In this document: positions 13,501-26,900 of the stretch, piece by piece
Numbering within the stretch: position 1 is the stretch's first letter
How the letters are laid out: each line of letters opens with the position of its first letter
Origin: Phoronis australis
Taxonomy: Eukaryota; Animalia; Phoronida
NCBI GenBank assembly: GCA_002633005.1
Contig: NMRA01000003.1
Span: forward strand, 262,129 to 326,128
Direction: 5' to 3'
Length of the DNA stretch: 64,000 nt
Notes under the pieces: generated by a model
What the model saw: only the letters and a program-made list of their open reading frames with translations
Told to the model about the DNA's origin: nothing
Database searches by the model: none
Position numbers and translations under genes: made by a program

Positions 13501-16500
13501 CCTCGCTAAAAAGCAAGACTTCGCGAGATTACGTGAGATATTGCCGTGCATTTTAAATAAGAACAGCGTCTACTGAACGTACGCCCATACGCCAGGTCTT
13601 GTGCCGATTAATCCACCGAAATCTTTTGTGAGCAACAGAGGACACTTCGCTTTGTAATACGCGGCGCTTGAGTTTTACTCATCACCAGGCTCCCGGCTGC
13701 GGTATTCGACTTATAAACAGTTGAAAGGTCAACATTTAATAAATCTAACACAAAATAACCTCGTTGTACGCTTTTGAGCTAAATAATTATAATTGTATCC
13801 ACTGCGTAAGTTTTTGAACAAAATGAAAATCATTTTCTCCAATTTTTGACGTTTAAAGTTAATCAAGTAAAAAAATGGGCGTTCTGGTTCTCGGGTGAAG
13901 CATCATCATACTAGCTGCCTTTGTGTGGCAAAGCTGTATACTAAATATACAGCTTTGCGCCAATGTGGGTAAAAACCTGAACATGTAAAATCATCACCCG
14001 ACGAGTTTGTGTTATTAACGACACTCTTCCTTGAGTAAACTAAATTATTTCATCGGCGCTCGAGAAAAATTGTCGTTCTGTCGTTATTTTGCGTTCTCTT
14101 AAGTCGGCTTACATCGGCCGGTTCCCTTTCCCCCGATTCTTCAGTCAATTGTTCTTCTACAAGATTGCGTACCTGGCACAACAAATTATCGAAACTGGTT
14201 TCATTTCGTTATAAGTTTTTAGTATTTTAATACCAGCAAACCGAATTTCATAACAAATCTTGTTGCTGCCAAGTTGTCACCATCTTCCGAAAGATGTTGC
14301 AAAATTTTTCTGAGGAAATGGTGCGTGCACATGTCACGAGCACGACAGACTTATTGTTACAACAGTTCATTAGATTGTTTTTCACTCAAGCGGTTGCAAA
14401 CTGCAAGGTGAGTGTTGGTTGACGCCTAGATTTTGCATGCGCCTGCGTCGGTCGCGCGCTCTACTACATGTTGATGTAAGTTTCACGACGAGGTGACGAG
14501 CAGAACTATCCGGGCTGTGGGAAATTTCGGGGATGTAACGGAGCTCAGTAACGCAAAGCTTAGGTTGCAGTGGGCTCATAGAATGAAATTGGCAACACCG
14601 GGTCATGAGCTATTTAACGATAATTCAAACTAATTATTGTGAACGGAACGACCCGTTTCGACCTATTTGATGATGAGTGCAAAGTCACTGTCTTCTGCTT
14701 CGTTGCAACAACTAAATGTAACTCTGGTTTTGACTTCCACCTGTAGGCCGTGTCTGTAAATCTTTATTTACAGACAGCTAGGTTACTTGTCTAGATCATA
14801 CCTGTCTTTCCAACATTTGCTTAACCTCTTGATGTTGACGTTTCATAACAAATTCCTTTTTGTGGTTCAGTGCAGCTTCGCGCTCTGCCTTCTCGGCTTG
14901 CTGGAAGTGAGAACGCGATAAGTTCGCCGTATATTTCAACTTCAAGACAGTGCAGTTGATCTTTAATGCATTCAGACAAACTTACTAAAATGTCATCGTC
15001 AACAACTGCTCACTGAAGCTTACATCAGGTGTCAAATGCAGAAACACAACAGTTAAATTAGAACTGGCCTTTCAGTAAACCATGTAAATTTCACATTTTG
15101 CCAAAAATGTCTTTGTTTAGGAGGCTGTAACTGAAAAAAAAACTAATAAGGCGACCTCTACATTTTTGTAGATGTCTATGTAGTAGGAAAAGGCCAAAAT
15201 AAAAAATGCGAAAAATTAAAAATTCAACTATAAATTAAAACTGTGTCGTTTATCAAGTGGGATTTAGCTACGCCAGCAGAGCGTTAAACTGCGACCACTG
15301 GAGTTGCAAGCTCAATTCCACACTGATGATGATATCAGAAAATCCCTATCTCGCCGATAATTCCCCTTTTATGACACGGCAATCGTGACCAATAAACGTA
15401 TTACAATTCTATGCCGTTCCCTTACACCTGATTGAAGTGCAAAATTTGTTCACCTTGAAACTCTCAGTGGCTTCACTTATATTCATAATGATGACTCCAA
15501 TAAACACGTTAGTAAAGATAAAGTGTCCAATAAATATAAACAGAGCCGTGAAAAGTCGACTACCCGTCATGCCTTTCTCATCCAATACGGCCTGTAGGTC
15601 CGTCCAGCCATCCGCCTGAAATGTGATCAATAAATATTGGTCCAGCCACGGAACGAAAAACGGCAATTTTATGGTTTTATCTGTTATAGAAGCCATCAAG
15701 TGATTCAATTTATCTGGTTCTGTTTAGAAAACATGTTTTTGCGATTTTCTTTTACATTCATATTTGAAAGGGTACACTGTAAGCAATAACGTATACGGAG
15801 CATCCGTGCACAATTATTCTGCACTATTCTACAAACGAAAATCTTTCTTAAGCTGAAGGATGCAACGAGATTTAACGAGAGTTGTCAAATGTGCTGCTAC
15901 ACTTACTGTGACATAACTAAACAGTGTTAACATAGCGGCACCGAGGTCGCCCCAATTTTCCTTATCTCCTTCCTCTGGATAGCCGAATATGTAGTATCCC
16001 ATAATTCCAAACAGAAACATCAGCAGTAGCAGGAGAATCACAATATTCCAGACATGTTTACGTATTGTATCCATCAACGCTGTAACCAGCACCTGTTTTA
16101 GAACATGATTGCGCGATTTAGTGGCCATCATACTTCTGAAGATCTTAGTTTTCTCCCAAAGACTTTTAAAAGTATGTGTCACCCGATTTAATTTCGCATT
16201 TTAACGTTATTATCAGTCTATGCCCTCATCAACTCGTGCTCTGTCCACCACACCGGCCATGTCACGATGACATCAACAGATCTTGCGATGAGTGTATGTT
16301 GTTATTTCTGACAATGATGTGGTGCCTGTAAAGAAGTACCAAAGCCGTCTGGCTACTTTGTAGTGATACCTGTAGTGAACGTTTCCGGAGTTAGTGACTG
16401 CAAATGTGTTCTGAAACCCATGAATAAATTATAATGTGTTCCCAGCTCTTCAGATGTAACCAAATTATAATTGTAGCCGACAAGGTCTCTGGGCCAGCAG

Positions 16501-18512
16501 TATAAGTGCTAATGTCAATCGTATCGATGTTAATTCAGTGTTGGGTGAAGGGATTTGATTGAATCCCATTACACTTCAGGGAAATTCCAATATAACACGC
16601 ATCGATTGCTTTGGTTAAACTGTTGCTCAAGTGGAATTTGTGGAACGGGTACTGTGGAAGTCGCATCGTGATAATTTGTCGCAAGGGGCGCCTCGGACTG
16701 AGTAAGCTGGTATTAGTGTAGTCGACAGGCAGTGTTATCAGATGACCAAATCCACCCAAATATAGTAATTTACGCAAAACATGTTATTTTTTGGTTCAAT
16801 TATGGCTACACTTTTTGTGTTGTGAATGGGAATAGTGGTCGACTTCCACTTACGGTGCAAGCAAGGTCGAGTCGGCACTCAAGTTCATCGATCACTCATA
16901 CGCCTGGTGTGGCGCACACAAATCACTCAGGTTTCATTGAAACTTTTTCCTGTCTGTACTTTAACAATTCCTCAAGTCTAAACTACATCATACGGCGACC
17001 ACTTTTCATTATTGTACAAAAAATTATATTGTGGCCTTCCATTTATCACCAAACAATCACATAGTTTCAGCGACTGCACTGGCTGGGAAATTCCCCGTCA
17101 ACCAAAACTTCGCCTGACCTCAGGCGTACTTTCAAATTTCTAGAAAATAATCAATTATGAAATAAAACAACTCTTTGGCTCAAAAATTGAATGTATCTGT
17201 AAAGGTTTTGCATCGCGGTTTGATGTTTTATTGGTGCAAAGCGATAAGACCAGGCGATAAACTTTCTTGACTTGTGAAAAAGAGTGAATTACGCGACACA
17301 CTCATGATCCGTTGACGTCACAGGCTAAGTTTAGAACCTTCGCCTACCTAGTGCCACGTAAAAGAACTGGACGTGCTGCTATAAAATGATGCAAAATACA
17401 TCGTTTTTATGGCATACACCTTCAAACTGGTTGTTTTTATATCTAAATTGTGTAAGTAAGTAAATACATAAGTAGCAAGTTAGTAATTAGCTAGTAAGTA
17501 TAGACTATGCGGAAATAAGATTGTCTACAGAGCATTCACTCATATGCATCAAAGATGTAATTATGAAGGATAAAAATTACCAAGCCACAATCTTATTTAT
17601 GAAGTTTGCATCTCTAATCTGGCCAGTCGTGGTGCATGCATCACTATATGAAAACCACTGCTCTGCTGTATTGGCCATTGATCATCAGTCCAAGCAGTGA
17701 TAGTACACTTGAAGAGCTAATTCATACATGACAGTTATAATAAATACAAGTAAGAAAAGATGACACAAAAAATACAAAAAGGATGTATTTTCGTCAGACA
17801 ATGTTGACTTTCAAAAAGGCTCGAAATGACCAAACTCGTCAAAATCTGATCAATATTAAAGGAGTATGTGCGGTAACTAGCTTCTAATCCAGGGGATGTC
17901 AGACGACGGACGGAGACGCAGATCATACAAAAATACAGCTCGTTTCAGGACGGGTGTACAAAAATGAAACAAATGAAAAATAGGTACCTGTAATCCACGC
18001 ACAAAGTGAACTGTTCGCAAAGTTCTTAACGCGCGCACTGCTCGAAGAATCCGTATCGCGTCAAGGGCAGGACCAACTGTTACAATGTTGAACTTTTCTA
18101 TAAAAGCTTGAGCCAAGGATATGGTTAGGATAAGAAAGTCAAATATATTGTAGCCACTTCTCCAGTAATAAAGGGGTTCAGCATATACTTTCAAGATAAA
18201 CTCCACCATGTAAATGGCTAAGAAAAGTTCATCTGTTACGAAAAACAAATCTTTAAAGTCGTTCCTCAGCTTGTAATCAGTCTCAAGAGCCATTACTATT
18301 GAATTCAAAAATATCATCGCTATGATGAACCCTTGGAACCAGGTCGACTCTGTTACCATTACAACAAACTGGTGAAACTTCTTGTCACATCTTTTCCTAT
18401 GGTACAGTTTGCTGGGATTGCTCTGTACCGACTGGGTCTCAAACAAATCATTTTGACGATCAAGTGATTCAAAAGCAAAAGCACCTTCTCCAGATCTCCT
18501 GCGACTCTGCAT
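4571..18512 (-). CDS. CATSPER3: Cation channel sperm-associated protein 3-like (CatSper alpha subunit), 6 coding exons, ~432 aa
   Basis: Exons 18512-17988, 16092-15907, 15615-15454, 14900-14802, 11918-11761 and 4739-4571 join in frame with GT-AG boundaries (phases 0,0,0,0,2). The product is a single 6-TM channel domain with S4 RILRAVRALRTLR, pore motif T|ADGWTDLQ and S6 FIFTNVFIGVIIMN. It continues into a coiled coil (KRQHQEVKQMLERQ) and a tail (FQDTLRHDD...SLDHLDNTTYRLQRLQFE) that resembles the vertebrate CatSper3 C-terminus. Confidence 0.9.
5440..5625 (-). repeat. tRNA-derived SINE-like head plus body
   Basis: The minus strand reads GGTGGTGTAGTGGTAA (A box) ... GAGTTCGAGTC (B box). The downstream body (5440-5555) recurs without the head at 31712-31820. 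Confidence 0.55.
6478..6921 (+). repeat. Dispersed ~450-bp repeat family, copy 1
   Basis: Matches 13925-14440 (+), 29335-29625 (+, partial) and 31915-32470 (-). Confidence 0.8.
7024..8685. mobile_element. Non-autonomous TTAA-flanked element (Kolobok-like family C)
   Basis: TTAA|AGTCCTTCT ... AGAAGGACT|TTAA (TTAA at 7020-7023 and 8686-8689). The subterminal CTTATTACAT motif occurs in inverted orientation at both ends. No coding remnant recognised. Confidence 0.6.
9166..9460 (+). pseudogene. KolX-like accessory protein N-terminus (P2X7 C-terminal/ballast-like Cys cluster), truncated
   Basis: MAGVGDPY...GYMFEPEY...WCKCTVCVVMPTSMECLCSS. Homology appears to end near 9460, where the antisense transposase remnant begins. 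Confidence 0.7.
9460..10254 (-). pseudogene. THAP-domain transposase N-terminal half, frameshifted, catalytic core deleted
   Basis: MPNCCCVPGCTN...LHRFP...RRTWL...C (THAP) continues after a frameshift to LKKDAIPSV (AVPTIF-like box). An acidic linker follows, then KFIVDLSKVLELFRRCQVCG...IH*ECVAGHSGKWDS...GMPEVHL, the Cys/His segment that precedes the DDE core in Kolobok transposases. Confidence 0.75.
10640..11530 (+). mobile_element. Penelope-like retroelement 3' part (RT tail + GIY-YIG endonuclease + pseudo-LTR), decayed
   Basis: IIYYRNMKSSILVMKNN...SVVYEFVCP...CYTGQTVCSLLRRLSMH, then [13 protein letters not shown] (GIY-YIG). The non-coding tail is shared with 51562-52219 and 58617-58816. 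Confidence 0.8.
11355..11394 (+). ncRNA. Candidate variant minimal hammerhead ribozyme in the Penelope tail
   Basis: CTTGAGAAT - stem GAAAC/GTTTC - GAAA - short stem - GTC. The core deviates from canonical CTGANGA. PLE pseudo-LTRs are known to carry minimal hammerheads. Confidence 0.45.
12238..12678 (-). mobile_element. Shorter HINE-like element with (GT)n/(GCGT)n microsatellite
   Basis: TTTTTATGAGCCCAC start, microsatellite at 12260-12340, two internal repeat units, and a GTGGGGGCAT...TTGCTCTT end. This is the architecture of 55310-57003 in opposite orientation. Confidence 0.65.
13263..13392 (+). repeat. Degenerate ~21-bp tandem array (probable transposon subterminal repeats)
   Basis: About six units of AAA(C/T)(A/G)(T/G)GACCG-like sequence after a (TA)n run. 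Confidence 0.55.
13925..14440 (+). repeat. Dispersed repeat family, copy 2, starting with a short hairpin
   Basis: Begins GCAAAGCTGTATA-CTAAA-TATACAGCTTTGC. The body matches 6478-6921 and its extension matches the reverse complement of 31915-31980. Confidence 0.75.
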
Positions 18513-20479
18513 TTAGCGAATCTCTTACAAACAAGTTGAGAAAATGTTTCCGAAAAGGACGATATGCGAAGTATAAAATAGACGCGCACGTGTGGAGGAA
18601 ATTGTCCCGTGCATGCTTACGTGTTAATCTCAGTGGGGCCGCTCCACAAAATTAGGCAAAGCGCGTGACGTGCAGCCGATGAAAAAAAGAAACGAGCGAG
18701 TAATATACAACAGTAGAATGCTTGGTACTTATTAAGCTATTAAGATTGCCAGCTATTTATTTTAAATTTTTTTCAACCATGAATTGCGTGACCCCCTTTT
18801 ATTTCTGGCCCCCAGTTTCAGTGCCAGTCTTGATACATCGGTCAACAGTGTTGTTCTGCCCACAGTACATTTGTAGTCACTGTACGAACTGGTCGAATCC
18901 AGATATCCAACAGAGTAATTATGTTCTCGTAGTAAAATGCATACATATCAATCAAAATTGTTGTGGCTTACATAACCTTTTACTAAAAATATACAGGATG
19001 TCCCAAAAATGTACTTGCATTTCAAATGAGAACACTTGAGTACTTTTCATATTGCCGCTCTCTAGAGTAATGAGAGCACGAAAGTAACTTCCCATTGATC
19101 CCGACTCAGATCTGGTGGACATAAATTCAGTTACTACGCGGTGGTTCATCAATTTAAAAGCAAAATAATGATTTTCATTGTCAATTCCTCCCATTGTTTG
19201 ATAAGTTTAAGTTCAATAAATTATTTCAGCCTTTTTACACTGGCTGGGATCGAAACTGTCCCGCTTTGCCAACCGCAGCCACTGGCTTTAGCGCGGATAC
19301 TTCTTCGCGCTGGGAAAATGTATAGAACATGATGACCTTGTTCATTTATTGATATATCACAAGGTTTGCCTTTTTTGTGAGGCATGAACAGCAGTAGATT
19401 TTATAGTAGCAGGAAATGTGTTAATAGTAGGGTGAAACCTCCGGTCCCCATTACATGGGATCTGTAGGTGGCGCTTAACACCCGTCCACTAAAGACATGA
19501 TCGCCGTCTGGCGGGAGATTGAATTTCAATATGGCGCGGCTATTTCAAGTCAAATATTACGTTGTTTGTTGACTAAAGAACAAGATTACAGGTTTAAATT
19601 CATAAAAATGTGATCAAAAAGTCTTTAAAACAAAATAAACGCATTACCAATTGTCTTTGCACTTCTTTACAGTTTTTGAGTTTACAGTAACATAGCGCGA
19701 TAACTTTGTTCTCCGAAACACGGTCGTTTGTTTTAAGCCGAGGGTCGTATGATGCAGGTTTATAAAACCACTTCTATGACCATTTTTGGGGAGGGCAATT
19801 TTGTTCTGATTATTTTGATATCACAAACTATTGTATTTTATAAAGTTCCCACGTCAGCTTTAGAACTCAGGTTTTTTAGGTACTGGGGGCAGAGTGGTGA
19901 AACTCTGTATGCTGGAGTTAGATTATTGACCAACCCACATCCTGAATCCATCAAAATCAATTCCCACAAGTAAGTCAACTGATTACATCCTGTGTAGTGT
20001 ATTCCCTTTCAGGTGGAGTAGTGTTGACCAATAACAATTATTCGTCATCCCAATTAATGTTTGTTTCACTCGTTCATAGTTAGGTTAACACGCAAAGTTT
20101 TCGTTAGCTTTTGATGAGCTCAATTAAAACACACATTATCACCCCCAGTGAATGAGTAATCTGCCAATGAACATCAAAATTTTCATCACACCTGCATGCA
20201 ATATCATCTTTCATGGCAGACACCTTTAAATCCCCTACACTGGTTTCTTAGCTTCTGCGCAAAAATACGATATGGCAAAAAATAAATTTCTAGTAGATTT
20301 CAGGATTCCTTGGGCGACCATGTGTCAGTTTTCGACAGGTTCTGGGACAATCTGAATTAAAACAGTTTCAAAACAAATCAATGTCATTTCTGTAATGCCA
20401 GACGCTCATCGTACAAAGAACAACATTCTACATTTTTAAGCGAGTAACAAGTTTTCACGAAGTTGACAGGCTAACAAAA

Positions 20480-20830
20480 CTTACTTACAAAGGTTATCAT
20501 TTATTGACATAAGCTTCATAGGATCCATAATTTGACAATATGAATCTAACTGTTCAGAAATACTGGCCCATTTATCATAAGTCATACAAAATTGGCTTGC
20601 GCTGCCCATGACTGAACCAATACTTGATAATGGTGATAGAGTATTTGGTAAATAACGGCAGTCTTCCACATTCGCTCAACACCTCATAGTTTGAACAGGA
20701 ATTAGCCACATCCAACTCACATTTACGAAGTTTAATACGCACTTTTCGTGCCCATTGTATCCCGCTTGGAAGCCACATATTCCAGGTCCAAAATACAGAG
20801 TAGGTGAATCGTTTTATCAAATATCTTAAA
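20480..20830 (-). mobile_element. Non-LTR retrotransposon (LINE) ORF2 3' remnant
   Basis: KLRKCELDVANSCSNYEVLSECGRLPLF...IIKYW resembles the post-RT region of LINE ORF2 proteins. Confidence 0.5.
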
Positions 20831-20968
20831 GCCTGAACCGAAAATTATTGTCTTTCTAGCTTATCGACTGTAATAGCCATCTCCATAGCTTGGGTTGACA
20901 AGGTCTAGGTTGCCGTGGACCACGATAATTAAACAATATTCACACAACAATGAACAATCTGCGAGTAC

Positions 20969-23900
20969 CTACTTGTATGTCTCAACTGTAGAGATGTTAA
21001 TAGCATATTTCCAGGGCCTTTCAATAATGGATTGTCGCGCTACTGCAATAAATTTCACTTCTCCCGGATTCAGTGAAACAATCTGAGGTATCTTATTGGA
21101 GAAATCCAGATTATTTGTTTTTACTGTAAATCTCACGCCAATTGTCTTATTACAAGCATTTGCTATTTCAAAAACCACACCTGAATCATATGTGCGTGAC
21201 AAGGATAAAACACACTCATTTGTGTTTTGAACTGTATCTTTTCTCGTTTTTACACCAAATACTGTTTCTTGATATGTGAGTCCATCTGGGAGCGACATAT
21301 AAATGCTTCTTTTTTCTTTGTGCAAATCGCAAACACAAAGAGGCAGTGCGACACCCTTGTCAGCACACGGCTTGAATATGGAGTAGGTGGACATTCGAAG
21401 AAAAGAAACCAGCATCATATCGCTGCTTTCTCCAACTCCAGATTTGACTACAACAGAGAACACCTCGTCACTGTCAGTGCCGCCTCCCGGTCGTTTCATG
21501 AACATGTCAAACTTGGAGAGAATGTTATAATCACCTGTTCCTTCCTGTAACAGTTGAAGAAAGCCGCATGATTAAAACTGGTGTTCTTAATAAATACAAG
21601 TATTCGTCACGGAGTTACCAAATTGTTCCCACTTAATTTTATGTAGCTATAGATCTCCTGTTTTAAAGCCAGATTGACATCTGTTCAGCAATTTATTTTA
21701 ATTATACCTAAAAATGATCACTCAGGGAATTCCCAAGTCTTTCCAATTAGGAACTTTTACTTTGAAAAGTGAAAATTCAGATAGTAGACGAGCTGGTTCG
21801 CACGTGGTTATTGGTTTTGCGTTTTGCAGAATAAAGCTCAGGTTGCTTGAAAACCGGCGTGTTCTATCGAACTGTGCCGAAAAAGTGTCGCCTACGAAGA
21901 TACTGCAACAATTGTGTATAATAACATAGGGGAAGGATTAGTCGCTGTAGGGAGCAGGGAGGCCGGAGAGCGAAACAAACGTAAGCGCAACCGCTCCCAG
22001 GCCACCGGTCGACTCCTGTTGCGTCTCCACCATTCAAGTTTGAGGGGCCACGATCACTGACCTATTCACCTAAGGTCAACATGACAAATTAAGCAACTTA
22101 ACTTTTAAATCAGATTACATTTCAGGAGTTGCTCGAACTTTCACCACTTTTACATAAGTTATTAAATGACACCGATACCCGATAACCAGACTTGGTGAGC
22201 AGACTAAGGCTGCCTGCGCGAATATCGGATACTCATTTTTCTACATAATGTTTGAATTTTTGTTCAACTGGTCATTCCTGGAGCTCCTGAAGGCCTTTTT
22301 GATGAACTCTTTCACGACACCAGCACTTAATCAGGTACAAATGACAGTCCTCCAGCATTCAAAATGGAGGCAATCACTACGCTGCTGTGCTTAGCCTCTC
22401 TTTCGCATATCACGTGCATATTTATAAGATCTTTTTAAAAATAGTTAACAGTCCAATACTAACCTAATTACGACCCAATCACTGAAACCTTGGAAATAAA
22501 ATAACAGTCCCACACTGTCAACTTTAAAAAGTTAGAAACAATTTTGAAAACTTTTTACAAAGTCTGTTAATATCAACAAGCGTGACTTGACGCTGTTTAG
22601 GTCAGTTAATCGACAGAATAGCGAAATACCTCCTTCTCTCAAGGGACAGAATCCACTTTGTGACACAGGAAGGGAGTATCACCTCAGATACAAGAATTAA
22701 TTACACAATAGCACGCGGAACAATAAGCTTAGTTGAAATTACCTAACTAAATATCCCTTTAACACTGCCCTAATATTTCAAGTAAGCCCGACCTATACTC
22801 ACGTTTCTATGCGATTCGACGACATTACCGAATCTGTAGGAAGTCAACTTTAAACAATACCCAAACCCAGACTTAGCAGACGGGTTGCTCTCTATAAACT
22901 GCTTGTGAAGTTCATTATTGAGTTCACCCAGGGCAAATTCAGCTATTAACGCATGCTTGGAATCGTTGCTTGCTGTCCTTCCGTAAAGTCCTTCACAGAT
23001 ACACAGACTTTGAGGAAACATGGGAATTTGATCACACGGCCTGTTGCTAGGCAATTCGTCAAACAGTCCCAAGTTTCTCCGCTGATCACTCGTAACTGCC
23101 GAATTTGGAATGAAGGACTTCAGGGCATAGTGTACGTCCAACACGCTCAACAGTTTATCTTGATTGACGCGCAAGGCTGCCATTTTCTTTTTACCTATAC
23201 TGGCTGCGACATCCGGTGGTATGATTATGAACATAAATGGATGATATACTTCCATCCGTCCTTGAATGGTATTGACGTAAGGGCCATATGTGTTACCATG
23301 ATCTGATAAAATAATCGTAAATGTGCGTTTCAGGGTGCTAGCGAACTTCACGTATTTTGACAAGGTGTTGTCAAGTGTTTGTATCCGCAGTCCCACATCA
23401 TCATGCCCAACATTGTTTTCATAAAAAGTGATAAAGGGAATGTTTCTTCGACTAAGTTCTGCTTGGTAGAGTGTGAGGTATTCAAAAATGTTCTCATGGT
23501 GATGCTGGCCGTTGTAGCAAATCGTGTCTAATCCGTGAAAGGGGTCTGTTTTGTTGAGACTATCGAGAACTTCACAAACGGAATATGAAATGCCAATGTC
23601 GTCTATTGACGCTTTGTTTAAAGCTTGGCGTAACTTCTTCCACACATTTTCCGAAGGCAGATCAGCATTTGCAACTCTCAAACTTTTAGAAATACCCCAC
23701 GACTTAGACCAGCATAGGTCCTCCAACCACAAAGTTTTGTATCCAAGCTGTTTTAGGGGCTTAAACATAGTTTCAACAGGCATGGGTTTTGGCGGCAGTT
23801 CTAGGAAATCGTCAAATGGCTTCCCGTTCAAATCAATTAAACCAGAGAAAAGAGCCTGAGCATTTTCGAATGTTCTAGACTTTATACCTTGTACTAATTT

Positions 23901-26900
23901 GAAGTCTAGAACCATCGCGTCCTGTTCTGTATTGGCAAGTAATGCTTCTAAAGCTTTTACTGATTTCGGCATTGATCGATAAAAATGTTCCCTTGACGTA
24001 GAATCGATCAACACGAGATTGATATTAAGTTTTGCATTATCTCCCTCTTGCTTAACTTTGTGGGGCTCATATATATGAGGCGGTAAAACTAACAGCTGTG
24101 TTGCAGAGTGTCCACCAGGAGTTCTTCTTCCAGAGTGGAGCTGAGGTTGGAGGCATTCGATATAACAGAACCCATGGTGTGCCGTTGACATTAGGCGTGT
24201 GATAGCATTCTCTAAACGTTTCATGGACTTGAAAGGCGTCCAACGTATAACGCCATCACCGTCGTTAAGACTCCCCAACGAAACACTTTTACAGACGTTT
24301 GGGTCACACACGATACTGTATTTTTCCTCGGAAAACTGCAACAAAACGACAAGGTTTTAAGCAAGACAACTGAAAACCGAAAGGAAGGACTGCAAATAAT
24401 GTTACGCAGACCTTCAGGCGCAGTATCTTTCAAGAAAACAAACTGATGTAAAGTTTTTCTGACAGAACAAATTTTTATTTGTTAAAAACACTAATAATCT
24501 CGTGGGTGCGATTGACGAACAGTGAAGCTGATATAAGCAAAATCATTTATAACCAGTAATCAAATGGATACCGAAATCAAAGCATTAACTGTGCACGGTC
24601 AATTTCCACCAAGAAATCTCTCCCTCGGAAAATGGTTAGAATTGTCAAGTTCACAATTAACTATGGTTGGAAAACTCATTAAATACTTTAATCCAAATGG
24701 TGAGTCAAATATCAGACGAATTCCATGAGGCACAATCGAGTACTTTCAATAAACTGAGCGTTGTCGACCGTCAATGGCTGCAGACATCATCAGAATGATG
24801 GTTAGGCAAACTTGCAAACATTTCAATAAGCTAGGCGAGTCAATCGGCTGCCGTAGTTTATGAAGGGGCACAAAGACATGGTAGTGTGGGTATCTCTAAC
24901 ACGTATCACTTCCTTCCTTTGCTTCCCCGTGACAGTTTCACTGAACAAAAACACATCACATAGAACCTGTTAATACGATTGCAAAGACTTCCACCAAATT
25001 GGCGTTGCTCTTGGGGGACCACCGCAGCAGTAACTAGGGTGTATATTGCCTGGCTATGCTTGTCAGAAATCACTAGCAGGTTCTCAGAGTTTTGGCAACT
25101 ATGGATAGAATTTGGCCAGAGATCAGTTCTTGAAAACATAATATTCCATATAATGACGAAACACACTGTGAACAATATAGATCAGTGAGAAGTTTCCTTG
25201 TCAGAGCTGGATTATTCATTAAGGTTAGGATGCACTGAACAGTTCTCACAGGGATTTGCCGATCAGAACACACGTCAATGGACTCTTCACCCTTTCTTCA
25301 CTCTGTCAAAAACTGCATGCAAATAAAGAAAAGTCATTTCACATCACAAGCCCTACAGATGAGCACAGAAACTTTGTTCTCTCTTGTATTTTTGACCCTT
25401 TCACTCCCAGTGGAAACCAAGCTAGACTTAGAAAAATAAGAACAAAAAATGCAAAATCGGCACTTTTCACCCCAAAACCACCACTTCCCTGCCGATGCTC
25501 GATTAAAGCCAACACAAGATTCCGAAAGCAAATTTCCTACCAATTCCAAAAATGTGGTCCAAAAGTACTGTCAACCAACTAGTTTTTTTTGCAAATCAGG
25601 CTTGTTTGAGGGCTACTTGAAATCGCGGCCAATTTCTCAGTTGCTACACAGCAATGCACAACTGCAACAGGGGGCCACCATCTTGAAGAAGAGTGCAACT
25701 ACAGCCAAGAAAGTGGCCTTTTTTAATTCTCAGCATGTTAACAACTACAAACAAACCAAGTTCACTTGGCCTACATACAATACCTAACTAAAAAATGCCC
25801 CCAAGTCTGGCCTACCCCTAGATTTTAATATTTTGGGAGTGCAAATTGGCCGCGGTCGCAGTCTAACTGTTCAGTGCCACCTTAAGGTATTGTAGGACCC
25901 TAGAAAAATGTCCAAATTTGATTAGCTTCGGAAAATCACATTTCAGAAATGGCTGGTTGGTTTACTACTTTCAGGTTTCACCCACTTTCTCCAATACGTT
26001 GTTACCGGGATTTTCCGTACATAAGACCATGAGCGTGTATCCGAAAAAAATTCAGGCGTTTTAGTAACACCAAATAATCCCCCGGGCGTTTATTCGGAAA
26101 AGGGGAGCGTGTAAACGGAAAGTCATAGGTTTGGGTACGCAAATGCCAGCATGGACTTGATACACGTAGGCCTTGATTAAGAGGTTTCCTGGCTTTGACA
26201 TTTTTGCTTAAAGCTGTGTTTTTAAATTTTATGTTTATGCATCTGGACACTTGGCACTAGAAGTTGCAACACCAAATAAACACCCATGGGGTGGGCTTGT
26301 CTACAGAAAATTCCGGCAGGAATTGTTTTTAAAATTTTCCCGTTATAGGACTCTTATGATGTCAATAGAAAATCTTTAAGGACAGCATAAAACGAACACG
26401 AAACGATTATTTAGAAAGCTGTAACAGCATTTAGATCTCACCTTGAAAACTTATATCAAAAGAAATTTGGTCATGTACTTGATACTGTTGTTTTGCTAAG
26501 AATGTACCTTTCATTTTAGCTAAATTGCACTAAAAAACATGATTGCGTGACCACAAAAAATGGAAGATTGGTATAAAGTCAAAAATCAAATTCTGTATTC
26601 TTTCCATTTTTTAAAATAAATAATTTTATGATCAACACTTCAGTAGATATTTAGATGAACGTATAGACTTTTCGATAAGCATCATCTCGGGGACCCCGCT
26701 CAAGATGGGGTTCCACCTCGCGCCTAAAATGGCTATTCGAAAGTGGTGGCGTCCTAAAAAGTTGCAGGGGCTCCACCTCGTCGTCACAGGGGCCCCTAAA
26801 ACGTCGTGGCGACCCAGATGCAGCTGAAAAGTTTTGGCGAACAGGGGAGTGAAAAGTACGGCACCGTCTCGTCGCCACAAGAAAAGCTGTCATGGAGACA

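Noticed and set aside
22953-23859. Plus-strand ORFs of 117 and 102 aa
   Set aside because: They are antisense shadows of the large DUF229 exon.
24660-25320. Extra exon of the DUF229 gene
   Set aside because: The flanking exons already join in phase 0, and the frames here contain stops and show no recognisable homology.
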